A stretch of DNA of 61,096 nt, filler included, from Basidioascus undulatus (taxonomy: Eukaryota): NCBI GenBank assembly GCA_000826855.1. It is 11 parts of 11 records of this genome, joined end to end, with 100 filler letters (N's around TTAATTAATTAA, not from the genome) between each part and the next. Parts side by side here need not be neighbours in the genome. Positions count along the whole stretch, not along the records: positions 1 to 24,536 come from JTLS01000238.1; 10 more parts are not named here. One strand, written 5' to 3'. Shown here piece after piece: positions 1 to 12,545 of the stretch; position 1 is the stretch's first letter, and each line of letters begins with the position of its first letter. Made by a program: the position numbers and the translations under genes. Below the pieces are notes generated by a model, which was not told where the DNA came from, did no database searches, and saw only the letters and a list, made by a program, of their open reading frames with translations.

Positions 1-228
1 GGCCTGCGGCGGCGGCGGCGGCGGCGGCGCTGCAGAACGCTGGACGTCCTCATCCACGTGCATGAGCAGCGGGCCCTGCGTGCCGGTGTTGGACAGCGGG
101 GCCTTGGACGTGGAGGAGGAGGAGGAGGTGACGGGAGGGGGCGCTAGGTCGAAGTCGGTGTCGTCGTCGAACGCATCGGGCAAGGGCGCCGAGTACGACT
201 CGTCGAGGACTTCTTCAATCCGCGGCAT
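1..228 (-). CDS. SEC65: 5' end of probable SRP subunit Sec65/SRP19 (runs off window start)
   Basis: ATG at 228 gives MPRIEEVLDESYSAPLPDAFDDDTDFDL..., resembling the acidic MPRLEEIDD N-terminus of fungal Sec65. The SRP19 core domain is not visible. Confidence 0.45.
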   Translation of the reverse strand, partial: MPRIEEVLDESYSAPLPDAFDDDTDFDLAPPPVTSSSSSTSKAPLSNTGTQGPLLMHVDEDVQRSAAPPPPPPPQA

Positions 229-675
229 TGTAAGGGTCAGGAGACGAGGAGAGATTGCGGGCCTGGAGGAGATGGAGAGAGCCAAGGGGATGCTGCCGAG
301 CTGGCTCGCGAGAACGTCGGGCGGGGCGCGGGAAAAGGGGGCACGTCAGTTGTCATGTCAACCGGCAGTTGACAGCAAAGCACAAGTTTCAAAGATCTGC
401 GATCCTGCTTCCAACATCTGTAAGAGAATACTCAAGAGCACCGTCTTCTTCATGGATTGAGCACTAACTAGAGGGGATGTCGTTGTGCGTAACAAACGCA
501 CAACCTGCGCGGTTGCAGGTTACAGCTCTTCTCAAACTTCTTCGCAATATCAGCTGAACGTATCCGTGGGACGCTACTTGTCAAAACAGCGTCGTTGCTC
601 ATATCTTACGTATGGATGAAGATCATATAGCCATTCGAATCACCCAAAGACTCCCATCGACCCCCGACCCACTCT

Positions 676-3600
676 TCACGCGCCCAACTCCAGCGCCAGC
701 ATTCTCACCGCCCCATCCCCATCCGCCTCCCATCCCTCAACGAACCGCCTCACCTCCTCCTCCAGCCCCATCAGCGGCCGCACCACCCGGCCAGCCAGCT
801 CGAATCCCATTGTCCGCTTCGCCTCCTCCCTCTCCTTCGCGGCGTCCACCAGAGCGCGCCCGATGGGAAGGCGGTCGGTGCGAGCGAAGGGTATGGCCGA
901 GACGCGGGAAAGGAAGGAGGGGAGGTAGAGGTAGGAGGAGGGGAGGAGGAGGAGTTCGATGGTTAGGGCGAGGAGCGTGCGGGCGAACGGCGGGGCAGTG
1001 GGGGTTGCGGCGAGGAAGAGGAAGGGATAGGGAAGCAGGTTGAGCTTGTGGAGGAACCACGTTGATTGATATCTGTCAGTGAAGTTTGGACCCGAGGGAT
1101 GAAGGGGAGACGTACCTTGATAAAGTACAGCAGCGGAAGGTACATCGCCCCTTGGTTGCGCTGCGCCCCAGACGCAGCCGCATAGCGCTCCATCGCGCTC
1201 GTCGTCTCCGCCTCCAGCCAAGCCAGCACGGGCCTAACACGCTCCACCCAGCAGCTCGTAGCGCCCACCGTCGGACGCAGGGCCTCGACATACTCCGTCA
1301 AGCATTTCAGCGGCGCGCCCCTGCGTCCCGGGGCTTCAGGGACGACGCGCACGAGCTCGTGGCTCAGCAGCACCCCGAGCGTGCGCTGCAGCGCCTCGCC
1401 GCCCGCCCGCCCGCATCGGACCTCCTCGACGAGCGTGCGGAAAGCGTTCTGCGCGTCGACCGCGCACTGCGCGAGGAGGCGGAGGAACGTCTTCCCCTGC
1501 TCGGACTGGCGCCAGTCGGGGTCGGAGCGGTCGAGGCGGTCGAGGAACGGCTGCAGCCGTTCGGGGATGAGGAACGAGGTGGTGCGGTGCTCGAGCAGGC
1601 GGATGAGCGATGGCTTGTCGCGCAGCATGTACGCGTCCCACCGCGCCAGGGCGGGCTCGAGCGCGCTATGCAAGTCGCGGAGGAGCGGGCCGGTCCTGAT
1701 CGCGGACGTCTCCTCCTCGGTCGCGGCGTAACGAGCGAGGAACGCGACGATCCACTGCCCCGTCGCCGTCGCTTGCGCGCCAAACATGCCGTCGACCACG
1801 CGCGCCCAGCGCGGCCGCAGCGACTCGGGCAAGCTCTCGGGCCCGAGCCCTAGCAGATCGTTCGCGAGCGCATGCGCAATCCCCACAGCCGGGAGATCCC
1901 TGTCCTTCGCCCAAGCGCGCTCATCCAGCATCTGCCCCTCCTCGAGGCACGCCGCCAGGCCCGCAAGGCGCTCGATGCCCGCCCAGACGGGCTCGAGCTG
2001 TTCCGCCGGGACGTACGGCCCCTCGCGGACGAGGAGCTCGCGGAGCGCGGAGAGGAGTGCGGAGCGGACGGAGGGGTGCGTGGAGGTCTGCAGAAAGTGC
2101 TCGAGCGCGGAGGCGGACTCGGCGAGGCTGAGACCGGAGCGCGGGTCGGCGAGGAGGCGGACGAGGTACTTGATCGTGGAGATCTTGACCGTGCTCTTCG
2201 CCGAGCTAGCGTCCGCGGTGGGGGTGTCACGGAGCTCTCGCTGCTTGTCGAGCTGCGTTTGGACGAGCGTCCGGAAGCGGGCGAGGAGCGACCGAGCGGC
2301 GGGAGGAGGGACGACGTTGAGCAAGCCTGTAAGAGTTCGGATAAGGAGCTTAATCAGTCAATGGCACTGCACGGAAAATAAAAGGAAACGTCGCACCAGC
2401 GTGGAAGAACAGCCGATGGTGTGTCGAAAGCTCCATGTCCGCGAGGACCTTGAAGATCTCCTCCTCCATCGCCGTCGGGTCGTCCGTCCTGCGCATCAGA
2501 TTCGAAAGGCGGTCGAGCGCGACGATCTTGTGGTGCTCGAGATCCCCCTTCGGCGCCTGAGCGACGATCTCGCTCAGCCGGCATAGTTCGGGCACGGTCA
2601 CCGCGGCAACGCCCGCCTCGAGCAAGCGCAGCCCCGCGCGAGCTGGGTGGTTGTACCGAACCGAGTGCCCCGGGAAGACGTCCTGCAGCGTATCGAGTAG
2701 CGCGGCGGGCAAGCGTAGTCGCGCGAAGTCGAGCGTGAGATCGGGCCGCGGCGAAGGCGGAGACGGCTGGGGGAGGTGCGTTATCGCGAGGAGCCCGCCT
2801 GTGTGGGCAAGGCGGCGCTGGAGGTCGCGTGAGGCGAGCGCGGGGCCGTGCGACGGTGGGTTGAGCACATCGCGGAGCATCTGGTCGGGTGTGGAGCCGG
2901 GACTGAAGCGGCGAACGAGGAGCGGCAGCGGATGGGCAGGGTTTCCGGAGTCGAGTGGGGACTCGAGCTGCATCGGCAGGGTCGAGAGGAGGTCGTACTC
3001 GCCGGCGTCGGAGACGGCGTCGACAGGCGGGTAGAACGGTTCGATGACCTGCTTGACGAGCGTTGTGCTCTTCCAGATGTGCTCTTTTATCGCGGGGACG
3101 ACGAGGAGGTACCCGGACAGATCGGCTTCATCCGAGGAGCCGCGGTAGTGCTCTACGAGGCGGAGGACGCGGGCGTCCCTGTCGGCGCGGCTAGTGGAGA
3201 ACTGGAGGTATGACTCGCTAACGAGTGATAAAACAGTGTCGTTAGTGTGCTGTTTGGGAAGCAAAACGATGTGGGTTGCGGAGAGAGGCTCACACTGCAA
3301 GGTTCCATTGGCCTTCGTACGCATCCTCGTTCGCCGCGTCACCGCCAGCAGCCAGCAGCGTGCTGCGCGAAGCAAAGAGCACCTGTCAAAGTGCGAGCTC
3401 GTCAGAACTGATTTCCGAACAGTCACGTCGAAATCGCAAAGACACCCCTTCTCCAGATAAGCCGCGAGGCCTGGCGCGTCTTCAGCGAGCCGGACGGAGT
3501 ACTCATCCTCCAATTCGAGCTCGAGCGGGAGGAACGAGCGCGCGCCCTCAAAGAAAGGCGTCTTCGCGAAACCCGCCCCGACCTCCTCCTCCGCGTGCAT

Positions 3601-5830
3601 GCGCCTCTCCGCATACGCCTCCTCCCGCGCCAGCGCCAGGCTGTCCAGGAAGCCCAGCACGGCGCCTGCAAGCGGGGGCGGGACACGCAGGGCCCCGGAA
3701 TCGTCCCGGTACCGACCACTGTACGACCAGGACATGCCCTCGATGATCATCGGGTGCGCGGGGAGGGGGCCGCCGAGCGCGGAGGGGTCGTCGAGCCGAA
3801 GCTTCTCCCACTTGAGGAAGATCTCGCGGAGGGGCTCGAGGACGGTGGAGGTAGTTGAGGGGGAGACGGAGTAGCGATCGCAGAGGTCGATGCGCTCGGA
3901 GAGGACCGCGCGGAGGGCGCTGCCGACGAGGGAGTACTCGCAGGCGTTGAAATCGGGCACGATGCGGGCGGCGGAGACGGCCTGGATGAGGCGGCGCAGG
4001 ACGGCATCGCCCGAGTCGGCGGAATTGGGGAGGTCGTAAGGAAGGCCGGCAAGGAGGGATGCGTGGTTGGCCGCGAGGTTGAAGAGTCTGGGGCGAACTT
4101 GCCATTCCTGCAGTCCAGCGCCTAGGGGGTTCAACAACGCCACTACTAGTGGAGCGAATGCAGAAGGGCAGGGAACCTACCTTCTTGAACCGTTCCAGCG
4201 CCCACTCAAACGTCTCGCGCAGCAGGACCGGGTCGCGTAAGAGGGCGACGAGCGCGAAGACGATCTCCGTGTACGCGTGGCGGTCGTCCGCCTCCCGCTG
4301 ACGATGCGCCAGGACTTTGTACTTCTCCACCTCCCCAAGCGCGACCGCCTTCCTCCCCTCTCCACCATCTTGACCCGCCCAAGCCACGCGTACAGTGGCC
4401 GCGAGCACCTCGTCCATCTCTGACCCGCCCACCCGAAGCCGCCTTGCCGCGTTCTGCACGGCATCGAATGGCGCGGTGTGTCCCGGCAGGGCGGTGCCCT
4501 GAGAGGTGCGACGGAAGGTTTCAGAAGGGTATGTGCGTGAGAGGTTGCGGAGGACCGGCTCGCCGTCGGCGGGTGGGAGCGCCGCGAGTAGCGGCGCACT
4601 GAAGCGCGGGTACTGGGGCGGCGTGGAAGAGTGCGAGAGGGGGACAGTAAGGGCTTGGTCGTATAGGACGGAGAGGACGAGAAGGCGGAGCCGTGCGGGA
4701 AGGTGAAAAAGGAGGTCTGAGAGGTCGGTGTTGATCGAGTTGTCGTGAGACTTGGGGATGAGTCGCCCGACAGCGCGTAGATGCCGCTCGTACGTGTGCA
4801 GGCGGTCCTGTGCGCTCGTCCCCCGGCCTTCGCGCCAGGCCTGGACGAGCGCAAAGAGGAGCGGCGCTATGTGGGACGGGGATATCCCGTCGCGCCACGC
4901 GGCGATCTTCTCCAGCGCTTCGACGCTCGCGGCGGCGACCTTATCCTTGAGTCCGTCGTCGGCCGCAGACCGGAGCGCGATCCGCGCGAGAATGGCAACC
5001 GTACTTGGCTCGAGCTTGTCAATACCGCGTTTCAAAAGCTCGGAGAAGAATGAGACGCCCCAATGGCCTGGGGTTTCCGCGCACTGCTCGAACAAAGACA
5101 ACGGTTCTGCCGGAGGCTCGCGGCGGGCGACGAGCGCCTTGAGAAGCTCGATAGGAGCTTTAATCGTTTCTTCTGGCTTCAGGCTCTCGAGAACGACGTC
5201 GGCTGCGAGCCCGGGCTGGGTGATGGCCAAGCGGCCGAGTTTGGACGCGAGCGCGTCGGTCGACTGCAGGGCGGGCAGGAGCTCGCGAACGGCGGACGGC
5301 GGTAGGGCTGGAAGGAGATGCCGGGATAGGCTCGATCCCAGCCGCGCGACAGGATGAGCCGAAGGGGCTGATGCGCCTGGGACGAGAAGCGAAGCGAGAT
5401 CGGCGAGCGCGAGGCTTCGTGGATCGAAGGCGCCGTGGTACTGGCACCCGAGCTGCTTGAGTAGCCGGCTGGCCGCGCCCAAGGGGAGGTCGTTGAGCAC
5501 GTCCGCGAGGCCGTTTCCCCCGCCAACAGCCTCGACGGCCGCAGAGCCCGACTTGGACTTCCACAGCCGCCCAAACGCGACGACGGCGGCGGTTTGAACG
5601 CGCCTCGAGCTGTGCCGGAGACAGCGAACGGTCCAGGGCGCATCGCGGCGGCCTCGAAGGAGGTCATGAAGGTCATCTGGGTGCACATCGGTCGAAGCGC
5701 ATAGCGCGATGAGGTCCGCGATTGGCGGGCGCGAGGCGAAGACGGAGAGGTACCGGTGGCGTTGTGAGGGCGGGAGGGAAGCCAGGTGGGCCGAGGAAAG
5801 CGCAGGCTCAGAGGTAGCGGACTGCGACAT
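676..5830 (-). CDS. Large Leu/Ala-rich hypothetical protein, up to ~1,646 aa, at least 4 exons
   Basis: Frame-consistent exons 5830-4181, 4107-2397, 2326-1116 and 1044-676 (joins FKK|EWQ, FHAG|LLN, FIK|LNLLPYP) with GT..AG introns. An extra intron is possible near 3218-3293. A collinear paralog lies at 14.6-17.7 kb. Confidence 0.85.
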
Positions 5831-7265
5831 CGTCCTTTTGGCCTCGAGTCAGCTTTTGGTGGTGGTCGCGTTCTTTGAGCTGGGATGAATGTGCGTACAG
5901 ACTTCTTGGGAGTAGGTGGACAGGAGACCACGGGCATGCGAGCTTGTGGGCTCGGCGGACCGTCGAGTAAAATACAGTACGCGTTGTCACGCACGCAGTC
6001 ACGACGACGCTCGGAGACGGTCCAGAGGTGAGTCATGCTGGGTCTAAACGTCTTGAAGCGTGATTAAGGCCTTGAGCGAAGCAATTGGCAGTTTTTAAGA
6101 AGGCTCTGATGGCAGTTTCCCTTTGGGGATTGCCCCGTGACAGGGAGATAGATCCCTAGCTGCGGGCCAGCTGTCCGCAAGCCGGTTCTGCTGTTTTTGT
6201 ACTTTCTGCTTTTTGACAGACGTTGGGGGATGGGTTGCACCGTATACGCCGGGTGAAGCTGTTTGTAAGACGACTCGATAGTTGCGGGTCACCATAATTC
6301 ACAAGGGACAAGGAAGACCTGTTGCTCTCTATTGTAACAGTATTGTTTGGCCTCACTTTGGACTTCTACTGGTGTAATGCTGTGCAATGGCCATAATTAT
6401 AAGGACAGCAATGAGAAATGGTAGATTGTGAAGACTCGTACATTTAAGTAACTGAGTAGCGACGAGAAAGGGACGCTCATGCGTTTGCTCGTATGCGGGT
6501 ATAGGTTTGCTCTCTTTCCAGAAAGCCTTCGGGATCTCCTTTTCACCTCGAATACGGAAGTTGATCTTTACAAGAGCATAATTTATTTCACTTGAGACTT
6601 CTCCAGTCAATAGTAAAAATTCCCCAGCTGTGGGCGCTCGCCAGGTGCGGAAGGAGCCCAAGAACCCCTCCGTTTCTCAGTTGGCTGTTCCTCTTGTTCT
6701 ACGCTTCCTGTTGGCAAAATTAAAGAATAATGATCTCACTTTTGTTGGATTTACGCATATACAGGCTAGGTCAGTTGAAGGCAAAAATAAAATGGAAACG
6801 CCCACCGCGACCGTCGAATTTTCCTCGCTCACTTCGACGTTCATGTCCTCACTCTCTCTTAGCACATCAAGAGTACTGTTTATTTTCTCGCTCTTTCGTA
6901 TAAGTTCCCCTTTTACTAATTTGTATTTCCCGCATTCAGGCACGTCGCAACGTGCACAGACATCGTTGCCATGCCGGATAATTTCTGCATGAGGCCCCGG
7001 CCCACGTTCGAGTTCGCCTCGCCCTCGGGCCACCGGCTCTGACCGCCGCCGCGACAACAGTCCGAAACAGCTGCCTTTCATGCCACCAAGCCCTTGATTT
7101 CTTTCCTTCACGCACCTCTCAGTCCGCTCCTCAAATTCGATCCACCATAACGCCTTACCTTCGTACTTCACCGCTTCCGCGACTGGCTTTCCTCGATCGC
7201 TCTCGAGGTCCTCGCACGACCTTCTCTCGTACCCCGCGGCACTCACACCCACTTCTTCGCACGAC

Positions 7266-9478
7266 ATGACCACGACAGCCATCACGTCGAATGATGTCGG
7301 TCCCGAGCGCTCGAACTCCGTAGTTACGAGCCGCGCGCGGCGCGCTTCGATGCTCTCTCTCGGTCCGCTCCCGGGGCGGCCGAGCGAGCTCGAGCTCCGC
7401 CTCGGGCCCTTCCCGTCCATCGCGACGCCAGAGGTGGAGCTGTACCAGCAGCCGATTTACCCGGAGGACGTTGCGCTGGCGTCGAAGGCGGCGCCCGTGG
7501 GGACGCGCCCACTCGAGGAGGAGGAGGCGAAGATTGGGACGGACGACGAGGACGAGATGGACAAGAAGGAGGTGGCGTACCCGGAGGGAGGCGTAGGCTG
7601 GGTTGTCGTAGCTGGTGCGCTCGAGTTGCGCCTGATTCTCGCAGAGAGTTACTAACTCTCACTCCATAAGCCAGCTTCGTGATCACGGCTGTCCAGCTCG
7701 GGTTCAGCTACTCCTGGGTCCGCCGAACCGTCTTGCCTTCCCACCCACCGGGACTCGGCGCTGACCGCTCGTCTTTCCCATACTTCAGGGTGTCATCCAG
7801 TCCCGTCTCGAACAACGGGGTCTCGCACCACCACTCACGCTCGCGTTCCTCTCCGGCGTCGCCTCGTGCCTGCCGTCCTTCCTCGCCATCCCCGCGTCCA
7901 AGGTGGTCGACCTGTGCGGACCTCGCATCGCCGGCCTTATCGGCGTGGCGCTTATCTCGTCCGCCCAAATCGCGTCGAGCTTCTCGCTCTATAGCGTTCC
8001 CGGGCTGTTCATCACGCAGGGACTCATGCGAGGGGCTGGAAGCGCGCTTTGCTACATGGTGAGTTTGTCTCGGGGCTGATTTCGTTTCGAAGCGAGCTCA
8101 TCTGGGCGTATCTAGTGCACCAGCCCGCTTCCATCTCAGTTCTTCTACCGTAGACGCGGCCTTGCGACGTACGTGATCCAGCCGACAGAACAAACAGTCA
8201 GGCGCTTGTATGACCAGCTCCAACAGTGGCATCGTGTCCTCTGGCGCGGGCGTGGGCGGCGCCGTCTTTGCTATCGCCACCCAGCGGCTGATCGAACGGC
8301 TTGGTCTCGAATGGACCTTCCGCGTTCTGGCCTGTCTCTGCGCCGGTCTTTGCATCGTGCGTCCATCGATGAGCCCCCCGGCTCCGTCCCTACTCACGCT
8401 CCTTTCCATCGCAGCCCGCCGCTTTTCTTCTCCGTACCGGCGTTACGCAGCCGCCAATCCCATCGGCCAAGGCTCGCTTCCAGCTGTTCGAGTGGAGCCT
8501 CTTCCAGAACCGAAGGTTCATCCTGTTTCTCGTCACCGCTTTGCTGGTTTCGTTCGCGTTTTTGTGAGTACTTCACTTGAGGGGCGGGTTATAGCGACTT
8601 GCGACCGAACTGTTGGTCTTGCATTAGTATTCCACCCAACTTCGTGCCTCTGTACGCGTATAGCATCGGCATGGGCGCTACCAAGGGAGCGCTAATGTCC
8701 GCCGGCTGTACGTGGCGGTTCTCCCGGTCTTAGCGAAGCTGCTCAAGCTGACGGTGTGCACTCGCAGACAACCTGGCTAGTGCCTTCGGCCGTATTGGTT
8801 TCGGGGTTGTAGCCGACCAATTCTCTGGACCGTACGCTTCCTTTCCTCGCATGTTCAGGTATGGCTCAGTCTAACTCGCCTTTTCTAGTCTCACGGCGGT
8901 CGGGTTGGCGTTGGGTCTAGCCGGCTTGAGCGCTCTCGCAATCTGGCCGGTCGCACGGACTGTCGCCCCGCTTGCGCTGTGGGTTTGATCGAGTACCTTC
9001 CTTGAGCTCTTATCGGATGATAAGCTGACCAGCCTTGACCTTCAGCTTCGCCATGCTGAACGGTATGGGGTGTGGAGGATACTTTGCTCTGCTCGCTCCC
9101 GTCTGCGGCACGTTGCTGGGCTCTCAGCACGTCAGCACGGGTCTCGGCGCTATCGAGTTTGTCAGCTCCGCCGGTGTGGGTGTTCTCTCCGGCGCTCTTG
9201 TCAGGGGTGCACACTGACACCGCCCGCGATTCCGTGACAGTATCTCATGGGCTCGCCGACCGTCGGCTTCCTTTTGTCGGCCTTCGGTGGGGCTGTCGCC
9301 GGCCTTTCCGCTTTCCGGCCTGCGATCGTGAGTGCTTTAGCTATCGAACATTTCCGAGCGTGTACTTACGTTCTACTTTGGTCAACAGTTCTACGTGGGC
9401 GGCTCAACGCTGGGCGCCTGCACGATTGCCTTCGTTATTCGCTTCCTCACCAACTCCAAACTCTTCGTCCACGTTTAG
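7266..9478 (+). CDS. MFS transporter, monocarboxylate permease (Mch-like) family, multi-exon
   Basis: YPEGGVGWVVVA-ASFVITAVQLGFSYSWGVIQ N-terminal motif, LFITQGLMRGAGSAL, GIVSSGAGVGG, SAFGRIGFGVVADQ; hydrophobic exons; TAG at 9476-9478. Confidence 0.9.
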
Positions 9479-10780
9479 ACATCTCGAGTTTGTGCCTTCA
9501 GGACACTGTTTTTGTTTTTGTTTTTATCAGCATCGTTTTTCACTGCCTGTCACATTGATTTGGTCATGTACGCATCGAATTGTACTTGTGCATCGCATTG
9601 TGAAGCCCGCGACCGTGTCCCCTTTGCCCACACTCCGTCGCTCGATCGTGAACCGAATACGTGCATGCGTCAAAATGTTTGCCTTTGTTACATATGTGCC
9701 TATTATCGTTTAATCGCATCTTATCATGTCGCACGTGTTGAGATAGCGTCGAGGTAAGACAGGAACATCTCGAACTCTAAACTCGCAGTGTGGTTTCAGC
9801 AGCAACGCAACGCTGGTTTATGCTTGCAGCAACCTCGCACCGTTCGCCTTCATCTTCGTCACCTCTCTTTGCCATCTCCGTCACTTCTGTAGACTTCTGC
9901 ACCTGTGACCACATCACATCGCTCATGTACTTCCTTCTCGGCCGGCATGCAGGTCGACGTTTGGGGTGCCTCGCAAGCAATCGTGGGCAGGCGTAACACC
10001 AGAAAAGGTGCATCCAACATGCATGTCTGTGAGCAGTACGACAAAGCTTTCTGCATGGGAAATCCAAGGAAATCCGAAGTGTCCACAGCCACCTTACCGC
10101 CAGAAGACTGAGGGAGAAGACAGTAGTGCCAGCCTCTTCACACTTCCGTCTTCCTTTCACACGGGATCCCGATGCTTCGCCCCCTTTGCGCCGCCGACGA
10201 GTCTATGAATCTGCCTCGTCTAAAAGTCACTGATACTCCTCCTCCCTCCTACCCCTGGCCATGGGTAACCTTCTCCTGCTAGTTCCGATCGCAGCTCTCA
10301 CACTTCTGCACTTCTGCGCACGCACCTTGCTCACGCCACTGCTGCATATAAGCCTGTTTGAGATGCCGCCTCGTCATCGTACACATTGCTGCCCTCCAGG
10401 CTGGGCATACCCTCTAGTCGAAGTCTGACTGCGCTGACGCAACACTGTGAGATCTGAGCAGGGATGTTCCCACATTTAGTTCTGCGTCTTGGTTTTCCTA
10501 CTTGCGCACCTCATGCAGCTGCTCACGTTGATTTTCTACATAGGAAAGTTGGCCGAAGCCTGGACGCGTCATACAAGTACTCGTTAATAACATCCGTCAT
10601 TCCCCTCTTCCCGTGCTGTGGAGGAAGGATGCGAGAGGGTAGTCGGCAGGCGTTCCTCGACTGCATAAAAGCAAGCGATTCTCAGACCGTGTGCATCCCC
10701 CCACTTCCATGGAAACACATCGTCACTCAGAACAAACAAACACCTACTCCTATTCCGTTACACACTTCTGTTAACTTACA

Positions 10781-11816
10781 ATGCGTTTGTCTCTGATCGC
10801 CTCTACCATCGCCCTCGGTGCCACCGCTGATGTCGCCAGCACGACCTTCGCCCGCGAGAACCGCATCGCCAAGCGTCAGGGCAACGTGAGTGTCCCTCCT
10901 TATCTCACGTGTACTTCTTTTAGGCTATGGGCCACTGATGACCTTAGTTACTATACCAGGGCTGAGGCCGAGGCGGTTGCTGGGTTGGCGGTAACCGCTC
11001 GCACGGTTGTGACGACGACGACCGTGAGGTGTGCGGTCTTGCTTTCTTTAACGCCCATTGAACTGCATGCTTACGGCCAAGCGCCTCGTTCTAGGACCGC
11101 GACCAGGAGAACTGGCGCAGCGACGACCTCTTCCGTGGGTTCCACTGCGAGAGGTACGGTCACCCAGCTTGGCTAGGATGAAGATGACTTCCGCTGAGAA
11201 GACCGAATGTAACCTGATTATAGGGGCAGCCTTGACGAGTCTGGCAACGTGGTATGTGTCCGAGTGTTTTGGCATGTCGAAACTCACAGTATTGAGTGAG
11301 GACGTGAACAGATCCTCGACCTTCTCGGCCACTGGGACGACCATCTGGGCGACATCAACTTTGGGGAATGACCCTGTGCGTCTCACTTTCTTTTGAATTC
11401 CCCCATGGACACCCACACTCGACATTCTCCTCCTCTGCTCGCACAGAACCTGGTCGCTGTCGTCCAGGCAAGCTCTTTCAAGCCACTCAAAACACCGTAC
11501 TGATACCACATTTCTGGTCTCCACAGCAATTGCCAGGGCTACGGCAGCTCGTCCTCGTCGTTCTCGTCGGCGAGCGCAACTCCGGGCCACTGGCGACCCG
11601 ACGGGCAGCATCTCCGTCCCGGTCGAGACGCCGACTGACACGGGCAGCGTCTCCCTCCCCGTCGCCGTCGAGACGCCCACCGACAACATCTCGCACCCGG
11701 TCGAGGCTCCCACAGATAGCATTTTGATCCCCGTTGAGACCCCTTCCGCGAGCGTCTCCATTCCGGACGGCGAGACGCCCAGCGAGACGATCGACGTCCA
11801 TGTCCCGACCGCCTAA
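10781..11816 (+). pseudogene. Secreted protein gene with C-terminal VETPT repeats, apparently disrupted
   Basis: Signal peptide MRLSLIASTIALGATA, KR (Kex2-like) site, short GT-AG exons, final frame GSISVPVETPTDTGSVSLPVAVETPT.... My splice model gives an in-frame TGA near 10963 and two 1-nt shifts in G runs (~11363, ~11584). Confidence 0.5.
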
Positions 11817-12545
11817 GGTCTTGCGACCCAAGCTAAATTTTACAACGACTGATAATTTACAGATCGAATGTATGTGAGAAGAACTGTTCCGACCCTTATT
11901 CAGTTAGTCAAGTTTTGTAGAAGAATCGAGACATGAAGAAGCTTGTTGTGCCTTTTGTTTACTCAGCGTGTGCAGATGGCTAGCTGAGGAAAGTTCGAAC
12001 AAACCTAAAAAATCCCACCTCTGGTAAGAAATATTTCGTTCTCCTTTACATGACTCCTTGGCTGTGCATGAACAGCGACTGAACTGCACTAGCTCCAGCG
12101 CGTTGCATCGTCCCTGCAGGATGTGTACGATTCCGCTTTAGGGGTGGAACGAGTGTCACTCAGAAAGATCGCACACAGACCGTCTTCTCCTATAGTACCT
12201 TCACCCACCTACCTCGTTCTCAGCATGGAACTTCAGGCGTTCTGGAGAAAGCAACTTGGGAGCAACCCAAGCCAGCAGCACGCAGTATCGGCTGGCCTCG
12301 TCGGTGCCCTATGTTTCCAAGACCTTAAATTGGACAATTGATATGTTTTTAACAGAAAACCGTCTAATCATCACGACTGCCACAGAGTTGCAGCGTTTAA
12401 GTCGCAGGACAGTGTTTCCGAAGTGCATGGAATTGCTTCGTCACGTTGATGACGTTCGAGCGATACAACGTCCACTCCGCCTCGCGTGCTCCTCCCGTTC
12501 CTCCTTGCCAACCTCCCCCATCGTCTCCCAGCTCGCGCCCACATA

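Noticed and set aside
1086..5357. Many long Arg/Pro/Ser-rich antisense and alternate-frame ORFs (also elsewhere in the window)
   Set aside because: Expected shadows of GC3-rich coding sequence.
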